DNA of 64,000 nucleotides, taken from the IMG/VR virus record IMGVR_UViG_3300044991_001407, positions 1 through 64,000 of that record; one strand, 5' to 3'. A model generated the notes under the pieces. That model did not search any database, had not been told where the DNA came from, and worked only from the letters and a program-made list of their open reading frames with translations. Shown here in pieces: positions 10,210 through 20,506 of the stretch. This DNA comes from a virus. A program made the position numbers and the translations under genes. How positions within the stretch are numbered: position 1 is the first letter of the stretch; each line of letters opens with the position of its first letter.

Positions 10210-10511
10210 TCAGAGACCATTCTCTTCCTTGTTTCTTCTACGATATTTTTAAACTTATCAGTTGACTTATTCTCAAATTTAACCCGATCAACATATGATC
10301 TTGATTCAACAGCGAAATCAAATATCAAAAAAGGTCCACTATTTGATTTGACGAACAATTGTATCGCATCAAAGAGCTCCTGTCTCTTATAGAAATCAGC
10401 AATTGCATCTGCAACGGATTCCTGTCTCGGAGAATCTGGAATAAATAACTTATTTGATTTTTTGCAAGATTCCTTGAAGAAGTTTATTAGTTCTTGACCA
10501 GTTGCTTCCAT
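10206..10511 (-). CDS. hypothetical protein
   Basis: ATGA coupling to dnaB; operon context. Confidence 0.6.
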   Translation of the reverse strand: MEATGQELINFFKESCKKSNKLFIPDSPRQESVADAIADFYKRQELFDAIQLFVKSNSGPFLIFDFAVESRSYVDRVKFENKSTDKFKNIVEETRKRMVSE

Positions 10512-10749
10512 TTACTTTCTTCGCCTCCTTCCATGTAAGAATTAGGAAATCATACTCTGATATGCCAGCATTTACACCGACATATGGATTATTTTGCCAT
10601 GCATTTAAAAAACATTCTTTTTTAACTTTGCACAATGAACAACCTTGCTTGGCATATTTTATGTCATCAATGTCATAAGATAGCCAAGCAATTGATCGTT
10701 CATCTTTTGCACAGACAGCTTTTTTTACCCAATCACTTTGGGCTTTCAT
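10450..10749 (-). CDS. whiB: WhiB-family Fe-S transcription factor
   Basis: DWVKKAVC...AKQGCSLCKVKKEC...GVNAGISE: four-Cys WhiB pattern with a G[VI]WGG-like turn. Confidence 0.75.
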   Translation of the reverse strand: MKAQSDWVKKAVCAKDERSIAWLSYDIDDIKYAKQGCSLCKVKKECFLNAWQNNPYVGVNAGISEYDFLILTWKEAKKVNGSNWSRTNKLLQGILQKIK

Positions 10750-10945
10750 TGTCTAGCTCTTGCAACTTAGCTTCAATCTGAGCATCAATTGACTCCCAAA
10801 CCTTAGCCCAAGCTGCTGGGTCATCAGCGTCAGATGCCTGAACTCTTGCTCCAGCATCTAGTCTGAGCGACTCATAGTTACCAAGATTCTTGGTAATTCC
10901 GAGCGAAGCCCAAATTTCTGTTGTCTTTTCTTTTGATGTAGTCAT
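10733..10945 (-). CDS. conserved phage hypothetical protein
   Basis: LGITKNLGNYESLRLD motif; coupled ORF. Confidence 0.6.
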   Translation of the reverse strand: MTTSKEKTTEIWASLGITKNLGNYESLRLDAGARVQASDADDPAAWAKVWESIDAQIEAKLQELDNESPK

Positions 10946-10952
10946 GTGTTCC

Positions 10953-11387
10953 TCACTTGTGAAGTTTTACTTTTTGTTCCAATAATTTTATTGTATTACC
11001 AACCCTACTGCTTGATTGAACAATAGGGCGACCTTGTGTTCTTTGATTGAAAAATTCAATCATTTCATAGACTTCGCTCTCATCATAGTATCTCCAGTTT
11101 GAATATCCACTATATTCATCCCCAAATTTACTTGCTGATGGGATTAGATTTTTTCTTTCATACTTTCTAAGAGTATCGGGTCTACGCTCAACAATCTTAG
11201 CTACTTCCCCAACAGTATACAATCTAATAATCAATATTTCAGACTGTTCATATGGAATGTCAATAATATCTTTAGTATTCAACTGCTCAAGATAAATCTT
11301 GTTTTTACCCTTGGATATTTTTTTAATCTTTACAATATTCCCAGCGTATTTATAAAATTTATTTGCTATTGGCTTCTTTGAGATCAT
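10953..11387 (-). CDS. MerR-type HTH DNA-binding protein
   Basis: YTVGEVAKIVERRPDTLRKYERKNLIP...WRYY. Confidence 0.8.
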   Translation of the reverse strand: MISKKPIANKFYKYAGNIVKIKKISKGKNKIYLEQLNTKDIIDIPYEQSEILIIRLYTVGEVAKIVERRPDTLRKYERKNLIPSASKFGDEYSGYSNWRYYDESEVYEMIEFFNQRTQGRPIVQSSSRVGNTIKLLEQKVKLHK

Positions 11388-11577
11388 GTCTCGCCTCTAC
11401 TGTCTTGAATCCAAGGTATGATAAAATTTTATTTAACTTTTTGACCTCAACATCAATAGATACAGAGCACCTAATGCAGGTAAGGTCAATATAGTTTTTT
11501 TGAAATGCATAATACTGCTGACCAGTAAACATTCTTCCAGTGCAATTCCTGCAATAGATACCAGTTGCTTTAGTCAT
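11359..11577 (-). CDS. small zinc-ribbon protein
   Basis: CRNC...CIRC. Confidence 0.6.
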   Translation of the reverse strand: MTKATGIYCRNCTGRMFTGQQYYAFQKNYIDLTCIRCSVSIDVEVKKLNKILSYLGFKTVEARHDLKEANSK

Positions 11578-11578
11578 G

Positions 11579-12745
11579 TTAGTCCAGCCAACAATTATAT
11601 TCTGCTGTTACAATACCCTTTCCTGGATGTACGAACATCAGCGCCTGTGAAGGTCTACCGACAGCTGCAAGGCTTTCTGCAGCATATGTATTTGTAGACT
11701 CAGGACTTCCTGAGATTCTTACCTGAACAGTATTGAATGTCATCTTTGTTGGAGTATGGAAGTGTCCTAGATAGATATCATCAAACGCTTCTTCAACCGC
11801 ACCAATCTTCCATCCGTATGCTTTCTTCTGGAAAGAGTAAAAGGTAGATAGGCTTCCGAACTGATCGCCATGACATAGCAAGCTCTTGTAGTTACCAATC
11901 TTGTCAACGGCATACCAATGTCGCTCTCCACGACCATCAGGAATCTTGAACTCAATTCTCTTTTCTTTTTCAAACATCAATTGCGTGATGCGATAAAGCA
12001 TTCTGTCACCATTCGTTTCAGGATCATGGTCTCTTCTTGCCCGACCACCGATTGAACCGTGATTACCAATCACTCCAACAAATGTTACTTTTTCAAAGTT
12101 CTCAAGAAGAATATTGATAAAGTTTTTCATAATTCTTGGACCATCAACAGTAATTTGTCTATACAAACCACCATCAATTAAGAATGACTGACCTGGAAAA
12201 ATCAGCTCCCCCTCAATAATGTCACCAAGAGCCCAGATTCTAATTTCTTTCACAGGGTGATCTTTTCTTTGAATTTCGGTGAGCTGAACAATCTTTTCAG
12301 CAAACTTATAAATTCTCTCTTCACACACCTGTGAGTTATAGTCTGGAGTAATCTTGGCAAGCTGCCAGTCAGCAATGATTGCTACTGCAACTTCCTCATC
12401 CTTCGTTGTTCTGTCAAACTTTGGTTTTGGCACTGGAACATACTTAACGGACTCAACATCTTCTTTAACAGCTCTATACAGAGCACCCGCTAAATCGTCA
12501 CTCTTTGTCTTAACCTTGTTGTACTCTGACAGCAGTTTATTGTAAGAAAGCCTCAACTCACTTTCTGTTACTGGAACTTGCCCAGTCTCTGGGTCAGGTA
12601 GTGTTTCAAACAGCCCATTTTCCCTTCTATATTTACAAAGACCATTGACATCAATGGTTTTCCTGCATGACTTATCGCCATACTTAGCGTTAGCTGTCTT
12701 TGGCTCAAATTGAATATCACAGCCTTCTGTTGCACAAACTTTCAT
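11579..12745 (-). CDS. metallophosphoesterase (calcineurin-like) with N-terminal Cys/coiled-coil region
   Basis: ADWQ, LGDIIEG, GNHG, HGD and GHFH motifs; AAGGAG SD before ATG 12745. Confidence 0.8.
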   Translation of the reverse strand: MKVCATEGCDIQFEPKTANAKYGDKSCRKTIDVNGLCKYRRENGLFETLPDPETGQVPVTESELRLSYNKLLSEYNKVKTKSDDLAGALYRAVKEDVESVKYVPVPKPKFDRTTKDEEVAVAIIADWQLAKITPDYNSQVCEERIYKFAEKIVQLTEIQRKDHPVKEIRIWALGDIIEGELIFPGQSFLIDGGLYRQITVDGPRIMKNFINILLENFEKVTFVGVIGNHGSIGGRARRDHDPETNGDRMLYRITQLMFEKEKRIEFKIPDGRGERHWYAVDKIGNYKSLLCHGDQFGSLSTFYSFQKKAYGWKIGAVEEAFDDIYLGHFHTPTKMTFNTVQVRISGSPESTNTYAAESLAAVGRPSQALMFVHPGKGIVTAEYNCWLD

Positions 12746-12797
12746 AAGGACTCCTTTGGTTCTCGTCAATCATATCATAAGGATATTCAAGAAGTTG

Positions 12798-13232
12798 CTA
12801 TGGAAGTCTTTTTTTTATTGCAATTATTTTTGAAGCATTTTTCTTTTTTGTATGAGGTTTATTCTTGTTAGCATTGTCCCTCATTTTCTTCCGATTCTCA
12901 TCTGACATCTTATTACCCTCTTTATGAAGGGCGCTATGTTCTTGCGATGAACACAAAAATAAATTATCTAACCTGTTATCAGCTTTAATCTCGTTAATAT
13001 GATGAACAGTTTCCCAGGCTTGAAGATATCTGCCTAGATATCTTTCAATAACAAGGCGATGCTCATAAGTATACCCACGAATATTTTTAGGATGATCTGG
13101 CTTTAAAACCCGAACATAACCTTTATCATCAATGTATTTACCACCGCTATAATTAGGACTATCTTCACCAGATGCAAACTTCGCAGACCAATCTATGTCC
13201 GTTCTCTGCGATGCGAGCTTTGGTTTAGCCAA
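12798..13232 (-). CDS. free-standing HNH endonuclease
   Basis: EHRLVIE...VHHINEIKADNRLDNL...EHSALH. Confidence 0.85.
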   Translation of the reverse strand: MAKPKLASQRTDIDWSAKFASGEDSPNYSGGKYIDDKGYVRVLKPDHPKNIRGYTYEHRLVIERYLGRYLQAWETVHHINEIKADNRLDNLFLCSSQEHSALHKEGNKMSDENRKKMRDNANKNKPHTKKKNASKIIAIKKRLP

Positions 13233-13910
13233 CTATGCTGCTCCACCTACATCTTCAACATACATCTGAAGGGGTTGCACAGTTGCTGACGCTGGCACAT
13301 AGTAAGCTGGGGCATTTGTTGCGCTTGCACCCTGAATACGATTGATAGCTGCAAAAAAAACTTCATTGCTAAATCCAGATATATTGCTTTGAAGAACAAC
13401 TGAATGAGATCCTGCTCCAAACCTAGAGTCATAAGAATTATTTCTTAATGCAATATTTGATATAGTAGCATTTGCTCCAAGCGTAGAGACATCAATATAA
13501 GCAAAAGGTGGTGGAGTGAATCTAGCTGAGTAAATCATTGTGTTAGCGGAACCATGAGTTCCAGTATGAAGGCTTAATATATATGTGCAGTCCTCAGCAC
13601 CTTTTGTATCAACAACAAATCCAGTAAAGTTAAGAGTTACTCTATAAAATCTATTTGCAGATATAGTAACACGATTGTCTCCACCGCCAGTTCCTGACTC
13701 ATCTGATAGGTTGATAATCTCGTGAGTGTTTGCAAAGTCTGTGTATGAAGCAGTATTACTTGTTACAGTTTTAAGCTTTTTAACACCTTCAGGGCTATCA
13801 GTTGTAGCCTCTTTGACCTGCTGGATGTTTGTAGACATCTGCTGAAGTCTGTCTCCAGTAATTGGGGTTCCATCAGTCCATGAAACTTGTGAATAGTTCT
13901 CGTAAGCCAT
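13233..13910 (-). CDS. minor tail/fibre protein
   Basis: N-terminal WTDGTPITGDRLQQM anchor-like motif; beta-rich body; last gene of the tail block. Confidence 0.55.
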   Translation of the reverse strand: MAYENYSQVSWTDGTPITGDRLQQMSTNIQQVKEATTDSPEGVKKLKTVTSNTASYTDFANTHEIINLSDESGTGGGDNRVTISANRFYRVTLNFTGFVVDTKGAEDCTYILSLHTGTHGSANTMIYSARFTPPPFAYIDVSTLGANATISNIALRNNSYDSRFGAGSHSVVLQSNISGFSNEVFFAAINRIQGASATNAPAYYVPASATVQPLQMYVEDVGGAA

Positions 13911-13928
13911 TTATCTATTATACCTCAT

Positions 13929-15527
13929 TTACCCTTCTATCTCGGTAAGTCTTGCCTCTAGTGACTGTATTTTTTCACTTAATTCTTGCACTGCCTTCAC
14001 AAGTAGTGGAATCATATCCATTTCTTTCCACATTGCTGGTGTCCAAGCGCTTAAATCATAATAACCGCCAGGTTGGTCTTTTGGTAGGTCAAGACTGGGT
14101 GATTTGTAGACTGTTAGAGCAGGGCAATCTTCACCAATTTCCTGAGCAATAAATCCGTAACTAATACTTAAATCCGCAATCGCCCTAGCTTCATCTGACC
14201 ACGGCTTATTTGTTGTTGGGTCAAGTTTATCAATTCCATCAATATGCCAGTTATATTGGCGAGGTCTAATTTGATTGAGAATATCAAGCGCATTATTGAT
14301 GTCTTGAATATTATATTTTAGCTCACGCAGTGATGATGGTCCCCGAATAATCTCTCCACCGCTTCCAGGTGCATGAATACGAGCAGTTGTGCTGGAAGAT
14401 GTGGTTGAAAAATTGCCAAGACTTTTGATTCCAATATTATTCCCTAGTGCAAATTCGCCGTTAGCTATGATAATATCAGCCATTACGCCGTATACATTTA
14501 CTTGCCCAGGACCAAGCACTTGACCAGTGTTTGTCAAGGTTAGATCACCAGTTATACTTCCTGTAGTAATTGTACCTGAAATTGATGCATTTTGTGCAGA
14601 TAAATTACCAGATGCATCAACAGCGAAATTGCTTCCTATCTGAAGCTCAACGCCAGAAATTGTTCCACCGCTTACTAAATCACCACTGATGCTCCCCGAT
14701 GTTGCATTTATCTCTCCATAAATTACTGCATTTTCAGCATAAAGGTTTCCAGATGTGTCAACGCTAAAATTACCACTTGATGTAAATATAGCACCATTAG
14801 CATAAATACCAAAAGTACTAGCATTTGATGTTAGATTACCGTTTGCGTCAATATCAATACCTGGAGTTGCAACAGAGGTTGCCACTACTCCACCTTGTAT
14901 CGTTACATTCGCACCAAGAGTAATTCCCCCACCAGCACTTCTATAAATACCAGTGTTCCCGCCAAGAGCAAAAGCGCCGTTTGAATACCAATAATCGTTA
15001 GCACCAACAAAGAGGTTTCCTCTGAATTGTCCATTTGTAAACACAGCATCTCCTGAGCTTGTAATAGCCCAGCCAGTAGTCCCCGCATTACTAAACGCAA
15101 AAGTATTTGCATTATATGTACCATTAAAATTGTTACTGGCAATGATGGTATTTACAAGAACAAAGTTGGCTGTAAGCTCATTTGAAGTAATTGTGTTCGC
15201 AGCAATTTCATTTGCGGTCAATGCATTTGCCGCAATTGAATTAGCCTCAATTGATCTTGAAATAATATGAGCAGATCCGTTCACAATTCCAGGCTGAAGG
15301 ACAAGACCTGCTGGCTCAATCAGTGATGAGTTGACAGTCTCTACGACAAAGTTTTTAAAGCTATCGTAATTACGAGACTGTGTTGACCTTCTATCTGGAT
15401 CCCCAAGCAAACCCCATGAGAAATCAAACAAAGAATACTGAGAGGTATCAATTAGGCTTGAATTATTCCCATCATGAGAGTGCCCACCACGACCAGGGAA
15501 GAAGTATATCGTATTCTCACTAGGCAT
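13929..15527 (-). CDS. central tail fibre/spike with C-terminal intramolecular chaperone (S74-like)
   Basis: G/N/S/T-rich beta repeats; SSLRELKYNI...GFIAQEI...LLVKAVQEL coiled end. Confidence 0.8.
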   Translation of the reverse strand: MPSENTIYFFPGRGGHSHDGNNSSLIDTSQYSLFDFSWGLLGDPDRRSTQSRNYDSFKNFVVETVNSSLIEPAGLVLQPGIVNGSAHIISRSIEANSIAANALTANEIAANTITSNELTANFVLVNTIIASNNFNGTYNANTFAFSNAGTTGWAITSSGDAVFTNGQFRGNLFVGANDYWYSNGAFALGGNTGIYRSAGGGITLGANVTIQGGVVATSVATPGIDIDANGNLTSNASTFGIYANGAIFTSSGNFSVDTSGNLYAENAVIYGEINATSGSISGDLVSGGTISGVELQIGSNFAVDASGNLSAQNASISGTITTGSITGDLTLTNTGQVLGPGQVNVYGVMADIIIANGEFALGNNIGIKSLGNFSTTSSSTTARIHAPGSGGEIIRGPSSLRELKYNIQDINNALDILNQIRPRQYNWHIDGIDKLDPTTNKPWSDEARAIADLSISYGFIAQEIGEDCPALTVYKSPSLDLPKDQPGGYYDLSAWTPAMWKEMDMIPLLVKAVQELSEKIQSLEARLTEIEG

Positions 15528-18500
15528 TATGAAACCTTCCTTAACACCAGATTTTGAGATACATTATCCCCAATGGTTGTATTATGAGAAATAACCCAAT
15601 AATCAGTGTTTGTAATATCCAAAGCACTCAGATTTGTTACTCTAATTCTATCACCCAATTGGATTTTTGGCATTGCTGTTACATCAAGATTAATGATTGG
15701 AACAGGTATTTGTGTTTTTTCAATAATAAAATCAGCAAGTTTTTTAGCATGAACTGAATCCGTAATAAACGGGCTTTGAATTGTTACATCCTTAACACCG
15801 TACTTCTTAATACTGTCAGCCAAAGAAGCTGACTGTTCCTTAACCTGAACATTCTGCTCACTCATCATCACCGCTGTTCCGCTCAATACAGTTGCGTATG
15901 GATACTTTGTTAAAGGGTCAGTTCCTTGTAGAAATACGAGCCCGCCAACTTCAGAATCCTCACTTGCAGATAGAATCATCTCAGCACCGTATGGATATGG
16001 TAAATACTTTGTGATTTCAACCTTCTTTGGGTTTTCAAACAAAATCGCACTGATGAATGGTGCTTTTATGTTATAGGCTGGAGCCTTGTCAAACTTAATA
16101 TCATAGTAGCGAGACTCACGAACCTTATCATCAGCAACATGAGCGGCAGCAGTTGTTTGATACTGCGCTCTCTCTAAGCCGTTAAATGATGTAGCTGTTT
16201 TTGAAATATATTTAATAATCTCACTATTTATCTTGATATACCCAGTCTCTGCATAAACAGGATCCAGCGTTGTTGATACATATGCAACATTTGCATTTGA
16301 TGCCAGATTGGAAGTCAGCTTTGTTGTAGCCAAGCTTGAACCATCTGGTGCTATCCATAAAGACTGAACAGCATTTGTAGATGTCTGAATTGATGAGATA
16401 GGTATAACAACCTTATTACATTGAAGCGAAACATTATAATTGCTATTTGTAATATTAGTTGAGTCACTAAAATATGACTGAACATTTGCATGCTGATCAA
16501 TTGATGGTTCAAAGAATCTATAGAAGTGTTCATATTTAGCTTTATCATTTTCATCTATATAAATACGACCCATGTCCGCAAATGTAATGTCATTCATAAT
16601 TTCACGAATTGATGTTTCATTACCGTACAAAAATGCAAACTGAGTGAGTGGTTGCATTGCAGACTCAATGTATCTATTTTTAATTTCATCATCCGCAAGA
16701 GATTCGCCATAAATGGCAAACTCATCAGCATAAAAACTTCTAACTGAACTAGGCGCTATTTCTACACCAGTAACTGGTGTGTAAGATGCACCTCTTCCTC
16801 CGATAGTGATATCTTTTGATGCCGAAGAAATCACTGCTCCTTCAACAACCTCGGTATCTTTCAAATCACCATTTACAAAATACTTTAATGAAGAACCATC
16901 ATATGTTACGGCGATATGAGAAAAGGATGAGTTTGACAAAGCAACATTTGATGAAACAGTTTCTGTTACAACTGCACTATTACCCAAGACAGTTTTTATC
17001 TTAAACCCATTTGAAGTTGAATTATTAAAAAATTCAAAACCAGATGTTGAAGTTGAATTATTCCAGTTACTTATATACTCACCATCCGTAGCAAAACTAC
17101 CATTATGAAATTTCCCAAAAAACTCTATTGTCCACTTGTCTTTATAGGATAAATCATTCATTACAGTATATGGTATTCTTACATATGAATTAGATTCTAG
17201 GAGCACTGATTTATCGGATAAGTCAGATGTGAGACCAGTCGGTTGACTTAGCTTTGGATTGTTAATGTATACGCCATTGTTTCTGTGATTGTATGAATCC
17301 GCAGTTGACCATGTGGATGAGGAGTTCTTGCTTCCAATCGCATCCAATGGAACAATCGTGCAACATTCTGCTGCTGATACAATTGCATCCGAACCGCCGC
17401 TCAGCGCTTTGTATAGCGATATACTAAATGATGCTGAGCCAGAATTATTAAATGAGTGAAAGAACTCTATTCTTATTTTTCTTGGAACACCAGCTGATAG
17501 ATTTACCATGCTTGATTCATACCTAGTTGAACTAGTAGTTGTCTGGTATTTATCAAGGATTAGAATATCATCAAGATACAACCTAACACCACCATATGAA
17601 ATAAAAACAATTAGTTTCTGTAGACCAGAGTCGGTAGGGATGTAGTAACCATCAAACACCCCATTGAAATACTCAGAATATATAGCCGAATCATTACCCG
17701 TGAAAGAATAATTTGATAGGTTTAGAGAATTGGTGTTTGATGTTGATATATTTTTTGACAGTAATGTTAATGTTGGAGATACGAAACTTTTTTCGCCCAA
17801 GGCTTTATCCATTGGTGATAATTCTTTATCAATAGCATCAGCAACAATGTCTTTAACTGACTGGACATTTTTTTGATTCGTTGGCATTCCCCAAAAACGA
17901 GCTCTTAACCCAGTTGACGGAATAATGCTATTTCCACTTCTATCAATTGTTTGCTCATTGAACGAATATAGAGACACAGCCTCACGATCTTTTGCACCCT
18001 GTTTATAAGTATTTAACTTTTTAATATCAGCGCTTGGAAAATTTGCTCTCATCAAAAGATTCTTTACAGCATCACCAACATAGGCGTTCTGTAAAAAGAA
18101 ACCATAATTAATTGACCTTTCAGAAAGAAATTTGCTCCAGTCCTGGAGATTTGCACCAACAGTCATATCAGTTCCGACTGTCCATTCATCTACATAAAAA
18201 GTACCGTTCTTTACATATTCATAAATATCAAACGATATTGTCGCACCGACAGTATGTGATTTAGCGATAGTATCTCCGTAACCTCTTTCTAACACCGTCA
18301 CAACACTTGAAGAATCAACTGATGAGCACAAGATTACTTCCTCGGATTGTGTCCCTTCATCAATAACCACAGTAAAGTAATTACCAGCACCGCCAGACGG
18401 AAGGGATGATTTATCAAGCACAGAAAATGTTGAAGATGAGTTTGAAATATTTGCCTGGAGTTGTGTTGTTAATACAGAGCTATTTAGGTAATCACTACTA

Positions 18501-19438
18501 GGTTTCTTAATTCTCCACCCAGTGTATATTTCAACCTCAAGGTCTTTAGCCATGTATTTACCATATGTAGATGCACTATTAAAAATATTAAACAGTTTTC
18601 CAGTATTATCAAGTTTTAAATCAACTGATGCAGTTTCAGAACCACCGATTGGCAAGCTAGTTGAGTGTATATCCCTTGTTCTATTTACTGAATATGACAT
18701 TACATATTCACTGATATCTTCCTCGTAAATAGGAACAATTTCCTGAATCCTAGCATAGTCTCCTGGATTTTTAGTTGTATACACAGTAACTTTTATTTTT
18801 GAAATATTATTTGTAGACAATGCCTCTGAGAGAATGTGATCTCTATAGTAACCATCATCAGGGATAGTACCAGTCTCATTAAGAATAAGATTCAATGACC
18901 CGTCATATGCTTGCAGTAGGTATGTAGAGATTTGTCCATAAAACTCCGATGTAATTATACGAATCTTATTTACTTTTCTTGTTGTGAATGTAGCTTGTAT
19001 ATATGGACTTGTAACAAAACCATACCCGTCATATGTAGCATGAGTATTTGAATTACTTACACTATTAGACCACCATCCAAACTCTAAACTACTACCCATC
19101 TGGGTATTAGATAGATCATTTGTTGTTAACGAAGGCATTGCATACCAAGAACCATCCGCCCTTATCACATCGCCATCAGCATCCAGGGCTCCAGCAACAG
19201 CCCATGTAAATGACTGTCTCCTAATGCCATTAAAGGCTTCTGATGCAGGGAAGAAAAATCCTCTTGAAGGATACGAATTAACAGATGGCGCATCATTTGT
19301 TGTTACAACAAGATTATCTAAGTGACGACTGTCCAGCCATTTAATAATAACCTTAGGCTTAATTTTCTGAGCTGGCGCTACTATAGCTGAATTAAATGAA
19401 TTAGATAGATCTTTACCGTATAGTCCAGATGTTAACAT
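15527..19438 (-). CDS. large tail-tip/hub protein with PA14-like and LamG-like domains
   Basis: FDGYYIP...GGVRLYLD...KIRIEF (PA14-like); FSHIAVTYDGSSLKYFVNG...DEFAIY (LamG-like); C-terminal IQLGDRIRV hub motif. Confidence 0.75.
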   Translation of the reverse strand: MLTSGLYGKDLSNSFNSAIVAPAQKIKPKVIIKWLDSRHLDNLVVTTNDAPSVNSYPSRGFFFPASEAFNGIRRQSFTWAVAGALDADGDVIRADGSWYAMPSLTTNDLSNTQMGSSLEFGWWSNSVSNSNTHATYDGYGFVTSPYIQATFTTRKVNKIRIITSEFYGQISTYLLQAYDGSLNLILNETGTIPDDGYYRDHILSEALSTNNISKIKVTVYTTKNPGDYARIQEIVPIYEEDISEYVMSYSVNRTRDIHSTSLPIGGSETASVDLKLDNTGKLFNIFNSASTYGKYMAKDLEVEIYTGWRIKKPSSDYLNSSVLTTQLQANISNSSSTFSVLDKSSLPSGGAGNYFTVVIDEGTQSEEVILCSSVDSSSVVTVLERGYGDTIAKSHTVGATISFDIYEYVKNGTFYVDEWTVGTDMTVGANLQDWSKFLSERSINYGFFLQNAYVGDAVKNLLMRANFPSADIKKLNTYKQGAKDREAVSLYSFNEQTIDRSGNSIIPSTGLRARFWGMPTNQKNVQSVKDIVADAIDKELSPMDKALGEKSFVSPTLTLLSKNISTSNTNSLNLSNYSFTGNDSAIYSEYFNGVFDGYYIPTDSGLQKLIVFISYGGVRLYLDDILILDKYQTTTSSTRYESSMVNLSAGVPRKIRIEFFHSFNNSGSASFSISLYKALSGGSDAIVSAAECCTIVPLDAIGSKNSSSTWSTADSYNHRNNGVYINNPKLSQPTGLTSDLSDKSVLLESNSYVRIPYTVMNDLSYKDKWTIEFFGKFHNGSFATDGEYISNWNNSTSTSGFEFFNNSTSNGFKIKTVLGNSAVVTETVSSNVALSNSSFSHIAVTYDGSSLKYFVNGDLKDTEVVEGAVISSASKDITIGGRGASYTPVTGVEIAPSSVRSFYADEFAIYGESLADDEIKNRYIESAMQPLTQFAFLYGNETSIREIMNDITFADMGRIYIDENDKAKYEHFYRFFEPSIDQHANVQSYFSDSTNITNSNYNVSLQCNKVVIPISSIQTSTNAVQSLWIAPDGSSLATTKLTSNLASNANVAYVSTTLDPVYAETGYIKINSEIIKYISKTATSFNGLERAQYQTTAAAHVADDKVRESRYYDIKFDKAPAYNIKAPFISAILFENPKKVEITKYLPYPYGAEMILSASEDSEVGGLVFLQGTDPLTKYPYATVLSGTAVMMSEQNVQVKEQSASLADSIKKYGVKDVTIQSPFITDSVHAKKLADFIIEKTQIPVPIINLDVTAMPKIQLGDRIRVTNLSALDITNTDYWVISHNTTIGDNVSQNLVLRKVS

Positions 19439-20503
19439 TTATACCTCTTCCAGCGTCATTGCGCAGCTAAAATAGTATACATCATCTACAAGATCTCTTC
19501 TAATTAAGTTCTCAGAGAAGTTTGAAATAAATACAGTGATTTGCTCCTCTGTGTATGGAGTTACCCCGTCTTCATCTTGATTTATAATTGTAAGCGTATG
19601 AGTATCAGCATCCATTGATAATGACTTTATATAATTTCTTCCCTCTTTATAATCTACTGTTCTATCACTATAATTAGGGATAAAGCTCCAATTTATATTA
19701 AATGTCCTCTTCGCCGCACTACCAGCAGCATTGTTCTTGTAATAACGAGATGAATTTCCTGACCAATTTGTGTTCTCAATGTATAACGGAGCAACGGATG
19801 AATCAAGTGTGCGACTTTGGTTGGTTAATGGTTTTCCATCAAGTATGAGTAGCGCTCTGATTAATGAAGAGTCAGCAGTAATGTTATTGCTAAATCTAAT
19901 TGCTTCTGCTCGTATATTAGAGTTATTTAATATATTAATTCTAATTGTTGCAAGAACTATCTTTCCAGCTATGAATAGACTAACTTCGCCAGATAGATTT
20001 GCACGACCAAAGGTAATTCGTGTTCCGCTTGAAAGCATTGATGAAAGAATGCCTATCTGAGAAGCGCCATGTGATATTTTCATCATGGACACTGATACAG
20101 ACGAATCTATGCTCATTGAGCATGAAGATATTGAAATCTTTGTCCCGCTTATACTAGACTCAGAGCTGGCAGAGATTGATGCACTCGCATAGGCAATCTT
20201 TGTAATGTTTGTTTCAACAAGGACTTCTGCTGAAATTACAACATCGCCATCCTGTCTTTCTGTTGCGACAATAACAGTTGCACCATCAACTGCCAGATTA
20301 GCTGATGCGTGTGCAATTTTATATGAATTTGATACAAGATCAGAATTAGATGCAATCGTAATATTTGCAAGTCGTATTTGATACGATGTTACTGTTAGCG
20401 TTACACTACTGCTAAGATTGACTACAACATCAGCAGCATCTGCTTGATAAAAATCTATACCACGATTAAGTGGTTCACTAAATGAATAAAAACTATCAGA
20501 CAT
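19439..20503 (-). CDS. distal-tail-like protein with N-terminal ~20-aa repeats
   Basis: C-terminal ~140 aa aligns by eye with 20507..20926. Confidence 0.6.
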   Translation of the reverse strand: MSDSFYSFSEPLNRGIDFYQADAADVVVNLSSSVTLTVTSYQIRLANITIASNSDLVSNSYKIAHASANLAVDGATVIVATERQDGDVVISAEVLVETNITKIAYASASISASSESSISGTKISISSCSMSIDSSVSVSMMKISHGASQIGILSSMLSSGTRITFGRANLSGEVSLFIAGKIVLATIRINILNNSNIRAEAIRFSNNITADSSLIRALLILDGKPLTNQSRTLDSSVAPLYIENTNWSGNSSRYYKNNAAGSAAKRTFNINWSFIPNYSDRTVDYKEGRNYIKSLSMDADTHTLTIINQDEDGVTPYTEEQITVFISNFSENLIRRDLVDDVYYFSCAMTLEEV

Positions 20504-20506
20504 CTC

